The notes below the pieces were generated by a model that had not been told where the DNA came from, did not search any database, and was given only the letters and a program-made list of their open reading frames with translations. This document shows, piece after piece, positions 49,901 through 63,785 of a DNA stretch of 64,000 nt. The DNA lies in contig NC_057711.1 in NCBI RefSeq assembly GCF_004010195.1, positions 70,232,992 through 70,296,991 of the forward strand, given 5' to 3'. Within the stretch, counting starts at the first letter, position 1. Every line of letters starts with the position of its first letter. The DNA is from Chiloscyllium plagiosum (lineage: Eukaryota). The position numbers and the translations under genes are program-made.

Positions 49901-50864
49901 GATGGTTTCTGTGTGTGTGTGTGGTTTTGAGGGAGTTACGTTCTTTTTCTTTTGAGCAATTTTTTTGAACAACGTAGAAAGTTTGCCTGCAGGATCTGAC
50001 AGCTGTTTTTATTACTATTACTTCAATCATTATAGCAGTTAAAGCTGTAACAAACCAACTTAACAAGGAACTATCAATTCCAGATTATCTGGAACCAAAC
50101 CAGGCACAAAATGTATTACTCTGCTTTATATGTCCATCAGTAAGTATATAATGATATTTAGAACATAACCTATCCAGGATATTAGATCGATCTCCTCAAT
50201 ATCCAACATCTACAAAATCTTATACAGATATATTCTGCTTAAATGATGAAATGCATCTTCGTTTACATTTGTTTTCACAGCTCAGAGGTTAGTGATTTAT
50301 CATGGTTTTGACTTACAATTCACACTTCTATGTTACAAACAAATTAACCATCTGTGTTTGCACAATAATTATATCCGCCTCCCTCCTGATGGGGAGCTTT
50401 GTATTTTCCTCGGTACCAGCAGCCGTTTAGTACCTCACTTCAATATCTGCTCTCGACAGATAACCCTCATAGGGACTATCATTTGGGCATTTGCTTATGT
50501 GAAGCTTCTCAGTGAAGCTTGATCCCGTCTTCATCTGATAGCCACAGAAACACTTTAATTTGCATTGGAAGCAGTTCAGACAAGGTTTACTGTGCTAATG
50601 CTTGGAAAGGTGGGCTACCTTATGAGGAAATCTTGGAAAAGGCTAGGCTTCATCGACCAATGTTTAGAAGAGGGATCTTGATGGGTGGATGTGGAAAGTA
50701 ATTTGTATCTTTGTGTATTTGGAAATATGGAAAATATCAGTCAGAAACATTGATGTTTTTGCCCTCCCCTTAAATGAACACCAAATTTTACTTTGTGTCA
50801 GTACAGCCTGAGTACAGCTAACTTAACTCCAAGTAAAACATAAAGGAAAGGAGGGTTTACTTTG

Positions 50865-51240
50865 ATGCAGTGAGGGTGTACTGCTAATGTCACTGGACTA
50901 GTGAGTCAGAGGCCCAGGTGAAAGCACTATGGACATTCAGGTCAAATCCAAACCATGGTAGCTGGTGAAGCTTCCATTCCATTCATTAAAAGAAAATTTG
51001 GAATATAAACCTAGTCTCAGCTACAATGACCATGAAATCATCTGATTCACTAATGGTCTTTAGGGAAAGAAATCTGCCATCATTAACCAATCTAGCATAC
51101 ATGTGACTCCAGACCCACAGTAAAGTCTTTAGCACTTAATGACCCTCTGAAATGGCCTAGCCAGCTATCGGTTGAAGCCAGTTAGGGATGGAAAATAAAT
51201 GTTGGCTTTGCCAACAATGCCATCCCATAAAAGAAAAAAG
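50865..51240 (+). mobile_element. tRNA-derived SINE with a MetaSINE-like central domain
   Basis: ttcactaatggtctttagggaaagaaatctgccatc...catgtgactccagacccacag resembles the Meta core as I recall it; head-only fragments at ~23235-23340 and ~46060-46150. Confidence 0.6.
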
Positions 51241-51299
51241 TAAGAGGGTTTTTTCTCCCTAAGACAGGACACTCAAAACATTTGCATCTTAGGAAACAA

Positions 51300-51470
51300 A
51301 TTGTGTGCAGCCAGGTCCCACAAATAACAATAACATAAATGACTAGGTTAATTTATTTTAATGATATTAGCTAAGGGTTAAATAATAGGGCATGGAGAAG
51401 ACTCTCTGTTCTTCAAATAGTGACATGAAATCTTTAGTGCCCACTCAAGAGAGCAGGTGATTCTCTTATT
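51300..51470 (-). mobile_element. DeuSINE-like (SacSINE1/AmnSINE-type) fragment
   Basis: cccacaaataacaat...cttcaaatagtgacatgaaatcttt..ccactcaagagagcag resembles the reverse-complemented Deu domain. Confidence 0.55.
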
Positions 51471-53299
51471 GAATTTAAGATTTGTTTTGCAGAACAGTTA
51501 GTAAATGTTGGTAAAAGCAAAAGAAATAATAGCCCTTTCATTTCTTTATTTGTTTTCTTGGTACTAGTATAAAATTTTATATGTGTTTGCTACAGACCAT
51601 CACCAGCTTTCCACTCAGAGCTGAGTTCAAATTAGACCTTCAACTTGTATTTAAATTGGTACCTTGTATGAAAACACTTGCTATGTTATACATTTACCAT
51701 TAAATTGAATGGTTCATTAAAATGTAGCACTTTTAGGAAGAGAAAGAATATCTTCCTGGAGATCAAACAGGTGAAAGGAAATGGGAAACAAAACCAGGAC
51801 TCCTTGGATGGAGAGGGAGAAAGAAGGTAATAAAACAAAAAAAAAGATGGCACAGACACATAACAAACAAACTCTTCGAATGAAGACCAGGCCAAAGACA
51901 ATAGACCAGATCTTCCAGTCTTCAGTTACTTCGAACCCTTCTGGAATTCTGATGCACCGATTTCATGGGAATAACCTTGGGAATTTAAACTTCCAATGAA
52001 CAATTCCCCAGCTCGTCTCAACATTGCACAAATGCCTCTGACTCTTATTTATAGTCAGAGACTTAGGAAGAGATCTGTGTCACTTAGCTGGATTGTTAAC
52101 GAGGTAATATCAAACAGATTAAAACCATGTCTAATTGCTGATCCCCAGACACCATACTGGCACTCAATCTGACACCCTCATGACCCTCTGAAGCTCCAAA
52201 ACTCCCTCATCCTCTAAGTCCATATTACTTCAATCCCCCAACTTCCCATTAGCCCAATCTCACCCTTTCCTTACTAGCTTACCCACTTAACTCCCTCTCA
52301 TTTATTCACTAAAAAACTGTAAAGCTGTTTAAATGTTGTGAAGCTTTTCAAAGTATTAGCGAATGAAGACTTATCACAACACAACAGCTAGTGCCATTAA
52401 AGGGGATGTGATTTGGTTTCTCTTGACAATCTTGCACGCTAAAGAGGAATTCTAGTGTCAGATACAGTCCATATTTTTGAAGAAGCAGGACCCAAAAGTT
52501 CTGGTAGCAGTGGGGGACAGTCAGGAGAACGTGTGGTCGTCCAACATTGATTGCTGCTTTCAGAAAAGAAAAACAAAACTGGCGAAGGAAGGAAATGAGA
52601 ATAGACTGAAAGTTAGCCTTAAAAGAAATCCAAATATCTTCTACTGGTAGATACATGGGAGTAAATGAGAACATGGAATTCAAAACTCAAATGCATCAAA
52701 TTTGATCTTATTGAATAATGGACCAGGCTTGAGTGGCCAAATGCTTGAGAGCTCTCAGATGTGTCCTGTTCTGATACAGGAGATGAGTACACATCCCTGT
52801 GCATAAAACGATCTGCCAGCAGCATTGTATCATTAGGTGTTGGTGCACTTCAAGGTGCAACATTGAAGTACAGAACTGTATTCCAAGTTAATCTGAAATA
52901 AGGCATGATGTGAGAAGCTGGTGTATTTCTGTCACTAACTTTATGTCTATGGAGCATACCCTGAGCTTTTTGGGATCTGCTGGCCAAGATGGAGGCCCAA
53001 GGAGTAGGTGATAAATTTGAGTCACACAGTACCTGTTCTGACTTTTATGTGGAGAACCGCTGGTGTCCAGTTTCTCTGGAAGTGTGGGAGAATAGCAAGC
53101 TGCATATAAATGAGACGATATTAGCTACTAATGAAATGTAAATGCATGAAAATAGGCTCCTCATTGCTCACCAGCGAGATTCTTCTCTCACCATTCACAC
53201 CATAGATGGAAAATCAGACCCCTTTCTTATCAATGTTCAGAATCTCATTTTTCCTATAGTCCTGAGTTGCCCACATCATTGAGGACTAATAAAATTCAG

Positions 53300-53935
53300 C
53301 TCAACATATCAGCAGAGGAAGAAATTGTAGAGATGTACTGGAAAAGCTGGCTATCCTTAGAATGGATAAGTTGCCTGGTGTGGAAGGCTTGTATCTCAGA
53401 TTGCGAATTGAAAATGGTGTACAAGTAGAGGAAGGGCTTACCATTATCCTAGTTTTCCCTAAATCAAGAGGGAGTGATGAGGATTGGCAATGGCATGTAG
53501 CAAATATGCCACTCAATAAAATATGCCAGGAGACTTCTTGCAACCACAGACTGGTCAGCTTAGCATCAAGGGTAGGCAAGTATCACAGAATTTATTTGGT
53601 CCTCTTTTACTGCTTATAATCATTGATTTTGTATTTATTTTATCTTCAGAATGATTGTTCTAATTTAAAAATTCCAGTGGCAACCTTTTTGAGAATTTTC
53701 AAATAAAGATTTCCAAAAAGCACTCCATAAGCTGCCACATAAAAGGTTACACTACAGTGTGTGTTGGAAGTAATGTATTAGCATAGATGGAGAATTGGAC
53801 AACGAACAGGAAATGAAGTTGGGATAAATGAGTTATTGCTGACTCACAAACTATAACCAATGGAATGCCACAGGGATCAGTACTGGGGCCATATCTATAT
53901 TAAAAAATACTTTAATGATCTAAGTATTTGACTGG
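53300..53935 (+). mobile_element. Old CR1 RT fragment
   Basis: MDKLPG.EGLY.RL...EDWQ..ANM...NHRLVSLAS.VGK; GMPQGSVLGP at ~53860-53890. Confidence 0.75.
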
Positions 53936-56900
53936 AGGTGAGATTCTGCCCCTCATTCAAAAAGAAGTTCTGCCAGCTGATCTGATTGGTTGGTAGTTCT
54001 ATAGACCTAGCAGTGTCAGCAGGAGTGGTGGTCACTGCAGGGACTACAAGCAGTCCAATTGGAGTAAGTCCAGTCACCCACATAAACAGATAGGAGTGTG
54101 GTCTTGTAACAGGGTTGAGGAGGAAGCGAGTCAGTGTTACTGAGGAAAAGGAACATCTGGGTGATAGTTGATGATGGTTTGGGGGTGGGGGAATGTTGCA
54201 TGATCTGAAAAGTAGATCACTAGTGGATATAATCTCTGTAACAATCTTGGTCAGTGTTATCCAGTCATATAAAAATGTTTGCAGAATCTGTTTAAATTCT
54301 GCAGAGTTTAAAATCAATTTGTTATTCTAATAAGAAAACCATTGACAATGAACCTAATGTATTCAATCCCCCTCATATATGTTCCATGCATTGTTCTACC
54401 CAAATGGAAGAGGTTTTGGAACACTGCCATTACTCAAGAGTCAGAATAGTAACATCCAGTTTATATGTACACTCTTTCTGACTGTTTTTAAAAGGAGCTA
54501 ATGAACATGGTATCATGACTGAAGTGATTACTCATCAAATTGAAAAGTTTGTATTATTTGACATGTCTAAATTCTTGGCAATCGAAAGGAACAAGACTGA
54601 AAAACTGCACATTACCTGTGGTTTCATGTTCTTAAAATTCAACACCATTTGGCTACCGTGAGTTGCTAATCTTAAGAAATGGAATGAATTCGAGGAATTT
54701 TACTGGAAGGATACACAAGTGAGAAATAATTATATCTTGTACACTTTTACAAGGCTGGCTCAGGCACACCTTTGATGACAACTGATTGTGGGGGGGGAGG
54801 GGGGTCAGAGGTGTTTTGCTTATACCCTCACATCAGTTATGTTGTACTACTTAAACATTAAAAAAAAAAGGACAGAGGAAAATAAATATCAATGCAGTTG
54901 ACTAAAAGTATTATTAGAAAAGTGTTTTTAGAAATAAATGTGTGATTGAATTCAAATAATTTCTGTTGCTTGGACTGTAAAGCAGTTCAAGTTTAGTAGA
55001 AGCATCTGAAAGCCTGAATTTGCTGTAACAGGGTGTCCGGCATTTATTAAACTTGCCCATCCATCAGATTAAAAATGTTTGGCCAAAGGAATTATCTCTT
55101 CAGCCTATGAGATTGAAGGCTTGGGGAACAATGTAAGAAAATTGACAAGGAGATTGAATTAAAGGGGCAACTTCAATAACTCACAGATACTGAAAGAAAA
55201 GTAGATAGAAATTTGATTAAGATTGAGAGAAAAACCAACATTTTTGAAAATGAAAAAATCAATATTTATGCTCAAAAAATATTCTTGCATCTCGCTAAAA
55301 GATTCAAGTCTTGAAGGAAAGCTGCTGCACGCTTGAAATAGTTAATTTTCAGTGCCAGAGAGGTTCATTAATTATTAATATTTATCACAACAATTATAAG
55401 AATTATAACAACAAAAGAATTATAACAACAAGAATTGACTTTCTGTAGCAAGTTTAATATAAATTTATTGTGCAAAAAGAACAATTTCCTGAAAAAGTGA
55501 AAGACTAGGGGAAAGATGCATTTTTTATAAAGTTAATAGTGGAGCTATACATTTCGGACATTATTAGATATTTACATTTAACCATGTATCTGCCCTTTGC
55601 CTGAAGTTGCTGCACCATTTAGCCATAATTAGAAGTGAAGAGGATTGCTTTTCTATTACAAATTATGATGTACAATGGTTTACAAGGGCTCGAAACCATT
55701 TTATTATAATGATAAATTGATTTTTAAAGCACTCTATTTACATTGGCCATGAATTTATTTTGGATCCCTACAATGAAACTCAGCAAAATAGACATCATTG
55801 GTTACATAAAACTGATGTTTATTGCAAATGATTACAAGTACCTGTACAATCTACCTATCTTTAATACTCTTTTTAGTTAATAGGAATGCCTTCCTCAGCT
55901 ATATTCTTCATCAATTATAACATTAATAGCATGTCATTGGATGATTACAAGCAATAGATCTTGATTTGAAAGACATTTGATGTGATTTTAATGCAATCAA
56001 ACCCATTCATTTGTACAAAGACAAAATTGGGCTCACATTTGAACCTTACCACCCCTCAACATTCCTTGAACTCCACTGAGAAATAAAATTGTCTTTCAAT
56101 GTGAGAATTCAGAAAAGGTTAAACTAGTACAAAAACAGGAATTGCCACATGCAATATATTTGCCAATAAAATATCACCAACCCAATAAATTCCATACTTG
56201 TAAAACAGCCTTCGGAATAATAAACAGTCCCTTCATTTTATTTTTACCCTGAATGCCAAGGTTCAGAGCCATTCCTACTCACAGCCTTCATATCTGGTGA
56301 GCAAACATCTGTGAAAATATTTCGAAAGAAAACAGTTCAGATATGGCCACTCAGGGAAATTAAAGCTATTTAATATAAATCCAAAAGCAATTCTTCATGC
56401 CATTTACAATTGTACCATAAAACTATTTAATTGTATAAAAAATGATAAATAAACTTATAAATGAAATTTCCTATCTATTTGCCTAAATCTTAGGTGAAAG
56501 AAAAAATCAGAACTGGAAGGTTGCAATTCCCTGTGGTGGTTTTGTTCTTAATATCTCAACTCGGTTTAGACTTAATATCCAAATGCAGTATTCATTTAAA
56601 ATAGCAAATATCACAGATATATAGGATACATAATCTGGAACGGATACGAAAACTAAACATCCAAATAATAAACCATGCCTGAAAACTGTAGTCATTATGT
56701 GGACATAAATAGTCAGTGTTTTATTTATTAGTTGTGAATAAAAGGTTTTGTGTATTTCATTTCAATTTACATGGGTAGCGTAAAACTGGGTATTTAAAAG
56801 GCATAAAGTTCTTAACCAGATGACTTCAATTATTATAATTATGTGAAACTACTGGCTGGCAGTATTGGGATATAGTTAGCTGCAATGCTGTAGTGTTCAA

Positions 56901-58174
56901 ACTTCACAGCCTAAGTACATGCCTTATTGTATAAATCACAATAACAAGAATGAGTGTGCCAACAGATTCTACAGAGAAATCAACACACATGAAACAGGTG
57001 AGAAAAGGGAAGGAAAATTTGCTTGAAAATTATAAATGTCTATAATATTTGCAGTGAAACTGCAAGAACATTTCTTTACAGAGACAGAGATAAGCCAAAA
57101 GGTGATATAAAACAAAAGTGAAAAATACTCTTGTAGCCAAGGCGAAACAGGTGATGGAAACTGAGAAATAGCAGATTGGCTGGAATAATAGAGGAATTTG
57201 GAAGCATTCATTCAGACAAAGGGAGCCAGAATTTCCAATTAACAGGATAATCCAATCCTTGAATGTTAAAATGCACAAAAGTGTTTAAGATTTGTAAATG
57301 ACAATCTTTGACAAAATACCCTGTATAAACTATATTCGTTTGCTTTGCAAAAAGAATTCAACATTCATAGTGAATATTTCTCACAGAAACTAAACCACAA
57401 ATAAGTTATGTCTCTATTATTGAAAATATTTTTGCAGCCATCATTTTATTAGTGATTTAATTTTGACTCCAGATAGACTTTAAGTTAGATATCAAGTGCA
57501 TATGTATGGATTTTGTGATAAGAATAACACCAAGGGAGTAAATCAAACAACATTCAGGATATATACATATATACATAAAACCCAGAAAATTGAAAGTTAC
57601 TGCCTGAGTTACAGTTTTCCTCTACAGGCAGCACTATACAGAACTTTACTGATGGTTTCAGCACTGAAGTTAATGTGTGAGTGCTATATTGCTGACTAAA
57701 CAGAGCAGGAACAGTTAGGGCTGCTGCTTTCAGGTGTAAATAAATTTTAAATAGTATAGCTCATTTCTTGTGTTCATATACTGGGTGTGAGTATACTGGG
57801 GGTGGGGGTGTTATGGAGGGGTATAGTGGATGAGAGGGATAGATAGTTGAGGCCTATCACACTCAACTCCAACACTGGACTGATGTCCCAGCACGCAGAG
57901 ACTAGCTCTTTAGCCTGGACCCTTGGCATCCACCTGTCTCAGGCCTGCTCTCAGAAGTAGTGACTCCAATTTCAGATTGTTGCCTCCTCTTTGCTATGAA
58001 ACTAAGCTACACTCCTAGTCAGGAGGTCGACTGAGAGACTGGGAAATCATCAGACACCCCTTCTTAAGTCCAAGGTGAAAATCAGTTCAGAGTTCCCTTA
58101 ACTTCTCAACTGAAATGTGTTTCATCCACCTGTGCAGCACTTCCCAAGCACTATATAAGTTTCCGTTCCTTAAC

Positions 58175-58495
58175 TTTTCAAAATCATAAGGATAGAGTGG
58201 TTAGGGAGAAACTGTTCCCATTGGTGGAAACATCTGGAACCAGAGGAACCAAAGACAATATGAAGAAAAACTGCTGTTTATACCGTCAATGGTTTCCATT
58301 TGGAACATACAGCTTAAGAGTATGATGGAGGCAGATTCAATTGCAGCTTTCGAAAGTAAACTGGGTAATAATTTGAAGAGGTGAAACTTTTCAGAGCCGC
58401 GAGGAAATGTCAGGGAATGGTTTGAGCTGAGTTGCTCTTAAAGACACGGTGTTCAAATGGCTTCCTTCTGTGCTGTCACCATTCTATTATTCTAA
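58175..58495 (+). mobile_element. Old CR1 3' fragment
   Basis: gagaaactgttccca...caaatggcttccttctgtgctgt...attctattattcta. Confidence 0.6.
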
Positions 58496-60014
58496 CACTG
58501 TGCTCAGCTGCTATATTAGGTCCTGGATTATTGTGCCCACAAAGAGTATTGATTTCCATGGCTATCTAAAGCCAATTGGAAGGAAACCTCCTTCTTGAAA
58601 CAGGCCCATTTCTTAAGGTTTCATCACTGAGTCAACATGGCTTCAACAGTTATTAACAGCATTTTAGAAAAATGTCTAATTCAGAAATTAGATGATTTAG
58701 ACCAGCAGAAGTCCAGTTTCTGAACACCAAGTATAACTAATTAAATTCTGGTTTAGACCAACTTGGATGTTGACTCTGGTTAGTCATGAGGCAAATTAAC
58801 AATTATAGGTTTTGTATGTGTTGAGGAAGAGCCAGGAACTGCACTTGAGTAGCAAAGTGAATAGCAGAATTTAATGTTAATAGTGCCAATGCATTACCAG
58901 TATACTTCCAACCACAGCAGACAATCAATCTATATCCTATGGTATTCCGGTTTTAGTAGCGATATTCAGCAATACAAAATTAAATTACTAAATTGACATA
59001 TCCTGAAATCATTAGCTGATTAATTTTTTCTTATATTTTATTGCTTTTCACACACATCTTTTTTTAAATAGATAATTATAATATCTAGTTTAAATTTCAT
59101 TTTATGGCTCATTCTTTTGGTAATTTTCACATAGGCTATTTTGTTTATCATTTATGTTTTATAATTTCAACTATTTTAATTTCCTCCTTGAGACTTTTTG
59201 CACTAAACATTTACTGTACTCTTTTCTCCAGATTTCATTTGTTACTTGAATTTTGTTCTTGAGGTTTTATTGAATAATTGACATGCTTTGTTTACTCAAT
59301 ACAATGGCTGAACTGCACAGATACAGTCAGTATCCCAATTCATTTATCTAAGAACTTAAGCAAATCAGCAACAAGAAAAATCATTCTACTCAGCTAGCCA
59401 GTCTCTCAATAAACAAACTCTCTAAAAATATACTTCAATCACGAGACTGGTGAATAACTGAATAAAAACATCGACAAAATATTTGTGCATATTTTTCACT
59501 TGATTACTTACCAAAGCAAACAACCATTTTCCAAGTCATGTGACAGTTGCCTCCAAGTCAGTGTAGCTTCATGGAAAGAGAGAGCAATTTAATTGAAAAA
59601 CAGAACAGACTCGAGGGACTGAATTATCTACCATTCTTAAAAATAAATTACAGAACTTTAATCATGCTTTTCAATTTCTTCAGCATTGGCAATCATATTA
59701 ATGAAAGATCAAGTTCTATTTGGTCAACTAATCCTTAAGGATTGCAATATTAATTCCAAAGCCGTTCTCATGGTTCTTTTGACTTATCTTTGAAGGTATA
59801 GTTCCCAAAATTGCCTATGATATTTCAAATGGAACCTTAAAAGTGCTATACAGTAAAACAACCATTTCCAATTAGTTAAAAAAAGACTTTAATAAAATCC
59901 ATCAGGTGTGCTTATTTGCCTAACTTGAGAGAAAATTGTCGAGTGGTGAAATGTTGCTGTTTATAGAGATGGGGTTTCAAAAGGCATTTGATAAAATAAC
60001 AGGATAGACATACA

Positions 60015-60490
60015 ATGAAAGTGTCCTCTCCCAGGCCAATATCCCAGCGTCTAAGCACTGGTCACACATGACCAGCTGAAACGGGCAGGCTATATTGTCT
60101 GCATGCAGACATAAACTCCTTAAACAAGTGCTCTACTACAGGTTTTGCAATGGTAAGCAATCACTAAGACAGAGGAAATGCTGAAAGCCTGCCTAAACAA
60201 CTGCAGCATCCCCACCAAAATGTGGGAATCACTTGCCCCAGAACGTAAAATCTGGAGAAAAAGCATCTGCAAAGGCGCCAACCACTTTTCGCAACATGAG
60301 GGAAAGACGTGAAGGTCAAACACAAACAGGGGAAAGCATGTGCAGAATCCAGAGCGCCTCACCCTCCTCGCCTCATCAAACAACCTGTCCGTCTGTGGCA
60401 GAGTCTGCAGGACCAGGATTGGAATATTCAGACACCACAGAACCTGCTCTCTCCCCTCATTATCCCTCCAGCACTACCAAAGAAGATGAC
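60015..60490 (+). mobile_element. RTE-clade LINE 3' fragment
   Basis: LKACLNNCSIPTKMWESLAPERKIWRKSICKG...TCPSV; homologous to 14990-15345. Confidence 0.75.
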
Positions 60491-62171
60491 AACATAATGG
60501 ATAAGCAAGCACTATTAGTGAAATTAAAACAAGTAGCAGTTGTGTGAATATGAATTTGTTGTGGGATAGAAAGTATATGAGTTATGATGAATTATTATTT
60601 TCAGACTGCACGGAAATTTGTAAAGGTAAAGTCATCATCGTCTGAGCAGAGAGAGAGAGAGATCTGATACATCCAGTGAGGAGGAGAAAAAAGGGAGAGG
60701 GCTGCTGCCACAGTCAGAGACCAACAGAATTACTACTAAAGGGGCACAAAGGAGGAGGACGACACGGATAGATACACAACAGCGTTTCAGGCAGAGAAGA
60801 GATTACCATCAGCGAGGGTGAATCGTTCAAAATTCAACCTTACTGCAAATGAAAAGAGGTAACACTGCCTCTTGGGGCATTGGCTATCAATCCTTGTGCC
60901 ACGATAGGACACCCAGTGTCTGTGGCACAGATGTCACTGAATTTCAATGCCTCAGGAATTTTCCAGGGTTTTTCTGGGGTATCTATTTCCCACTTTAAGA
61001 CTCATCTCCGCATCAATTTGAGTACCGCTATCCTGTTTATGCTAACACATGCATTTAAGATCTAACACTGCCTGATGGACATTTCTTCTGCCTCCCAGCA
61101 ATTAACTAGACAGAAGTGATGCGATTGGAATTTATTAAAACCCCTCATGCTTCCAAGTCCACAAGGCAGACCTTCAGAACTTTACTAAAAATTCAATCTA
61201 TCTACAGCTAAATCTAGTTACTGCCATCAACGGATATAAACAAACTGGACTATAACCTTAGCATGACAACAGATTGACGAGACTCATTGAGGAGCTTTAG
61301 GCAGAAAATAAATGACACTTCTATACAGTTGCAAGATATAGTGAAAAAATAAATTACCAGATAAATTTGCAAAATAGGCAAACACTTAAGATAAAGTTAA
61401 ATGCTATATCTTAATATGTAGACATTCAGAATAGACTGTCATGCAGGGGTGGAAAAGAGAACGTAAAAAATTGCATGAATCATCTCACCATTAGCACTTC
61501 ATTGACTTCCGTGGTTGACATATGTAAAGTATTAAATAGCACAGATATGGATAGACCAGACAAAATTTTGTGCTCAAAGACTACTGTCATTTTCACAAGT
61601 AAATCTGCAGCGAGTTTACTGGTTCATCTCATTAGTACATATGTTACTTCACCATGTTAATCAAAGAGGAAAAAATATTGAATTAGATTTCAGTACTGCA
61701 TTACTTTAAGGATTCCTGTGAAATAACACAATTGTGGAAAAGTATTTAAGAAGTCAAAGGAAGAAAATTCAATGCAGCCACTATCTCACTCTCTTGCCAG
61801 TTACTGAATTACATTTTCCAGCACCAACCCTGTGTAATTTAACCTACAATGAAAGTGATTAAAATTAATTGGCTATGAAGACCTTTGGGACATTTGAGAA
61901 GTAAAATGCCATATAAAGGAGTTATTTCTTTTGATTATCACTCACGCTTAATCTCTCCATATAGTTGGATGCAGGATTACTTAGTTAACAGTATGTAACC
62001 CTCAGCAATGCTTATGGAGTCCAAACAAACTGTAAATGAGGAGATGGATGTAAAGAAAAACACAATTTGCTGTTTCATTACTATTTTACGAATTATTTAA
62101 AATTATAAAAATTTATAAAATCCAGACATTTAAAAACTGGAATGTAAATTGATTGGCTATGAAGACACGGT

Positions 62172-62311
62172 GGGGCACGGTGGCACAGTGGTTAGCACTG
62201 CTGCCTCACAGCGCCAGAGACCCGGGTTCAATTCCCGCCTCAGGCGACTGACTGTGTGGAGTTTGCACGTTCTCCCCGTGTCTGCGTGGGTTTCCTCCGG
62301 GTGCTCCGGTT
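62172..62311 (+). mobile_element. Young HE1 SINE lacking its 3' half
   Basis: Near-identical to the reverse complement of the 5' half of 3264-3582 with CpGs intact; stops at gtgctccggtt. Confidence 0.95.
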
Positions 62312-62527
62312 AAAATTATAAAAATTTATAAAATCCAGACATTTAAAAACTGGAATGTAAATCAATATATAGCACTATTTATATTTGAATCTGTATAATT
62401 TTAAAACTTAATGAGAATAGTGAACTCTGTGACTGTGCTGGAGCAAATAACAAAGAGATTGTTTAAAGTTTTTAAGAAGCATCAATTAAACTTCATGAGA
62501 GAGGAGTTTTGGCACATTGATTGGTGT

Positions 62528-63378
62528 GGAGAAAGTGAGGATTACAGATACTGAAGATCAGAGTCGAAGAGTGTGGTGCTGGAAAAGCATAGCCAGTCAG
62601 GCAGCATCCAAGGAGCAGTTGAGCTGACTTTTTCAGCATAAGCTCTTCATCAGGAATGAGGTGGTGGCCCAAGGAGGCTGAGAGACAAATGGGAGAGGGT
62701 GGGGCTGGAGGGCAAGGTAGCTGGGAATGCGATAGGTCAATGGAGGTATGGGTGAAGGTGATAGGTTAGAGAGGAGGGTGGAGCAGATAGGTAGGTAGGA
62801 AGGAAGGACAGGTAGGACAGTTCAAGAGGATGGTGCTGAGTTGAAAGGTTGGATCTGGGATAAGGTGAGGGGAGGGGAAATGAGGAAACTGGTGAAGTCC
62901 ATATTGATCCCGTGTGGTTGGAGGGTCCTCCTGGCCCCATCTGCATTTTAGAGAGACCATTCCCTCACGACTCTCTTATTAGGTCCACACCCCCACTAAC
63001 CCACTCTCCCCTCCCAGCACTTTACATTGCCACAAGAAGTGCAAAACCTGTGCCCACACACACCTCCTCACTTTTGTCCAAAGCCCCAAAGGCTCCTTCC
63101 ACATCTGCCAGAGATTTACATGCATTTCCACACATGTCATCTACTGTGCCTGTTGCTCTCGATGGAATCTCCTCCACACTGGGGAAACGGTGCCAACTTG
63201 CAGAATATGTCACAGAACATCTCTGGGTCACACGCACTAAACAACTCACCACCTTGTGGCTGAACACTTTAACTCCTCCCATTCCGCCAATGACATGCAA
63301 GTCCCGGGCCTCCTGCACTGCCAGACTTTAGCCACCCAATGCCTGGGGGAGGAGCGCCTCATGTTCTGCCTTAGGATC
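62528..63378. mobile_element. Penelope-like element: inverted pLTR and 3' end (62528-62930, minus) joined to a GIY-YIG fragment (62930-63378, plus)
   Basis: Homologous to 27869-28866. Confidence 0.85.
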
Positions 63379-63429
63379 GCCACTGGGTCAAAATTCTGAA
63401 GGAATGGTGATAATATTTTCAAGTCAGAA

Positions 63430-63785
63430 AAAGGAGTTGTTTGGAGGAAGTTGCAGGTCTTCCCGTGTATCTGCTAATCTTGTTCTTCTAGATAGAAGTG
63501 TTTGTGGGTTTGGAAGGTGCTGACTAAGTGAATTTATATAGTGCATCTTGTAGATGGTGCACACTACTGCTACTGAGTCTTGGTGGTGGAGGGATTGAAT
63601 GTTTGCGAACGTGGTGCCAATCAAGCAGACTGCTTTGTTCTGGATGACTCAAGCTTCTTGAGTATTATTGGAGCGAGACCCATCCAGTGGAAATGAGGAA
63701 TATTCCATCAAACACCCGACCTGTGCCTTGTGGATGGGCTTTGCGGAGTCAGGAATTGAGTTGTAGGTTTCCAAGTCTCTGACGC
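63430..63785 (-). mobile_element. Old LINE fragment (CR1/L2 superfamily)
   Basis: Minus ORF IGTTFANIQSLHHQDSVAVVCTIYKMH..LPNP..L.SRRTR, a typical RT C-terminal region. Confidence 0.6.

Noticed and set aside
640..63624. ORF-track entries as host genes
   Set aside because: The recognisable ones are fragments of CR1, RTE, PLE or SINE sequence. The rest are short, often start at non-ATG codons and show no recognisable domain or consistent splice structure.
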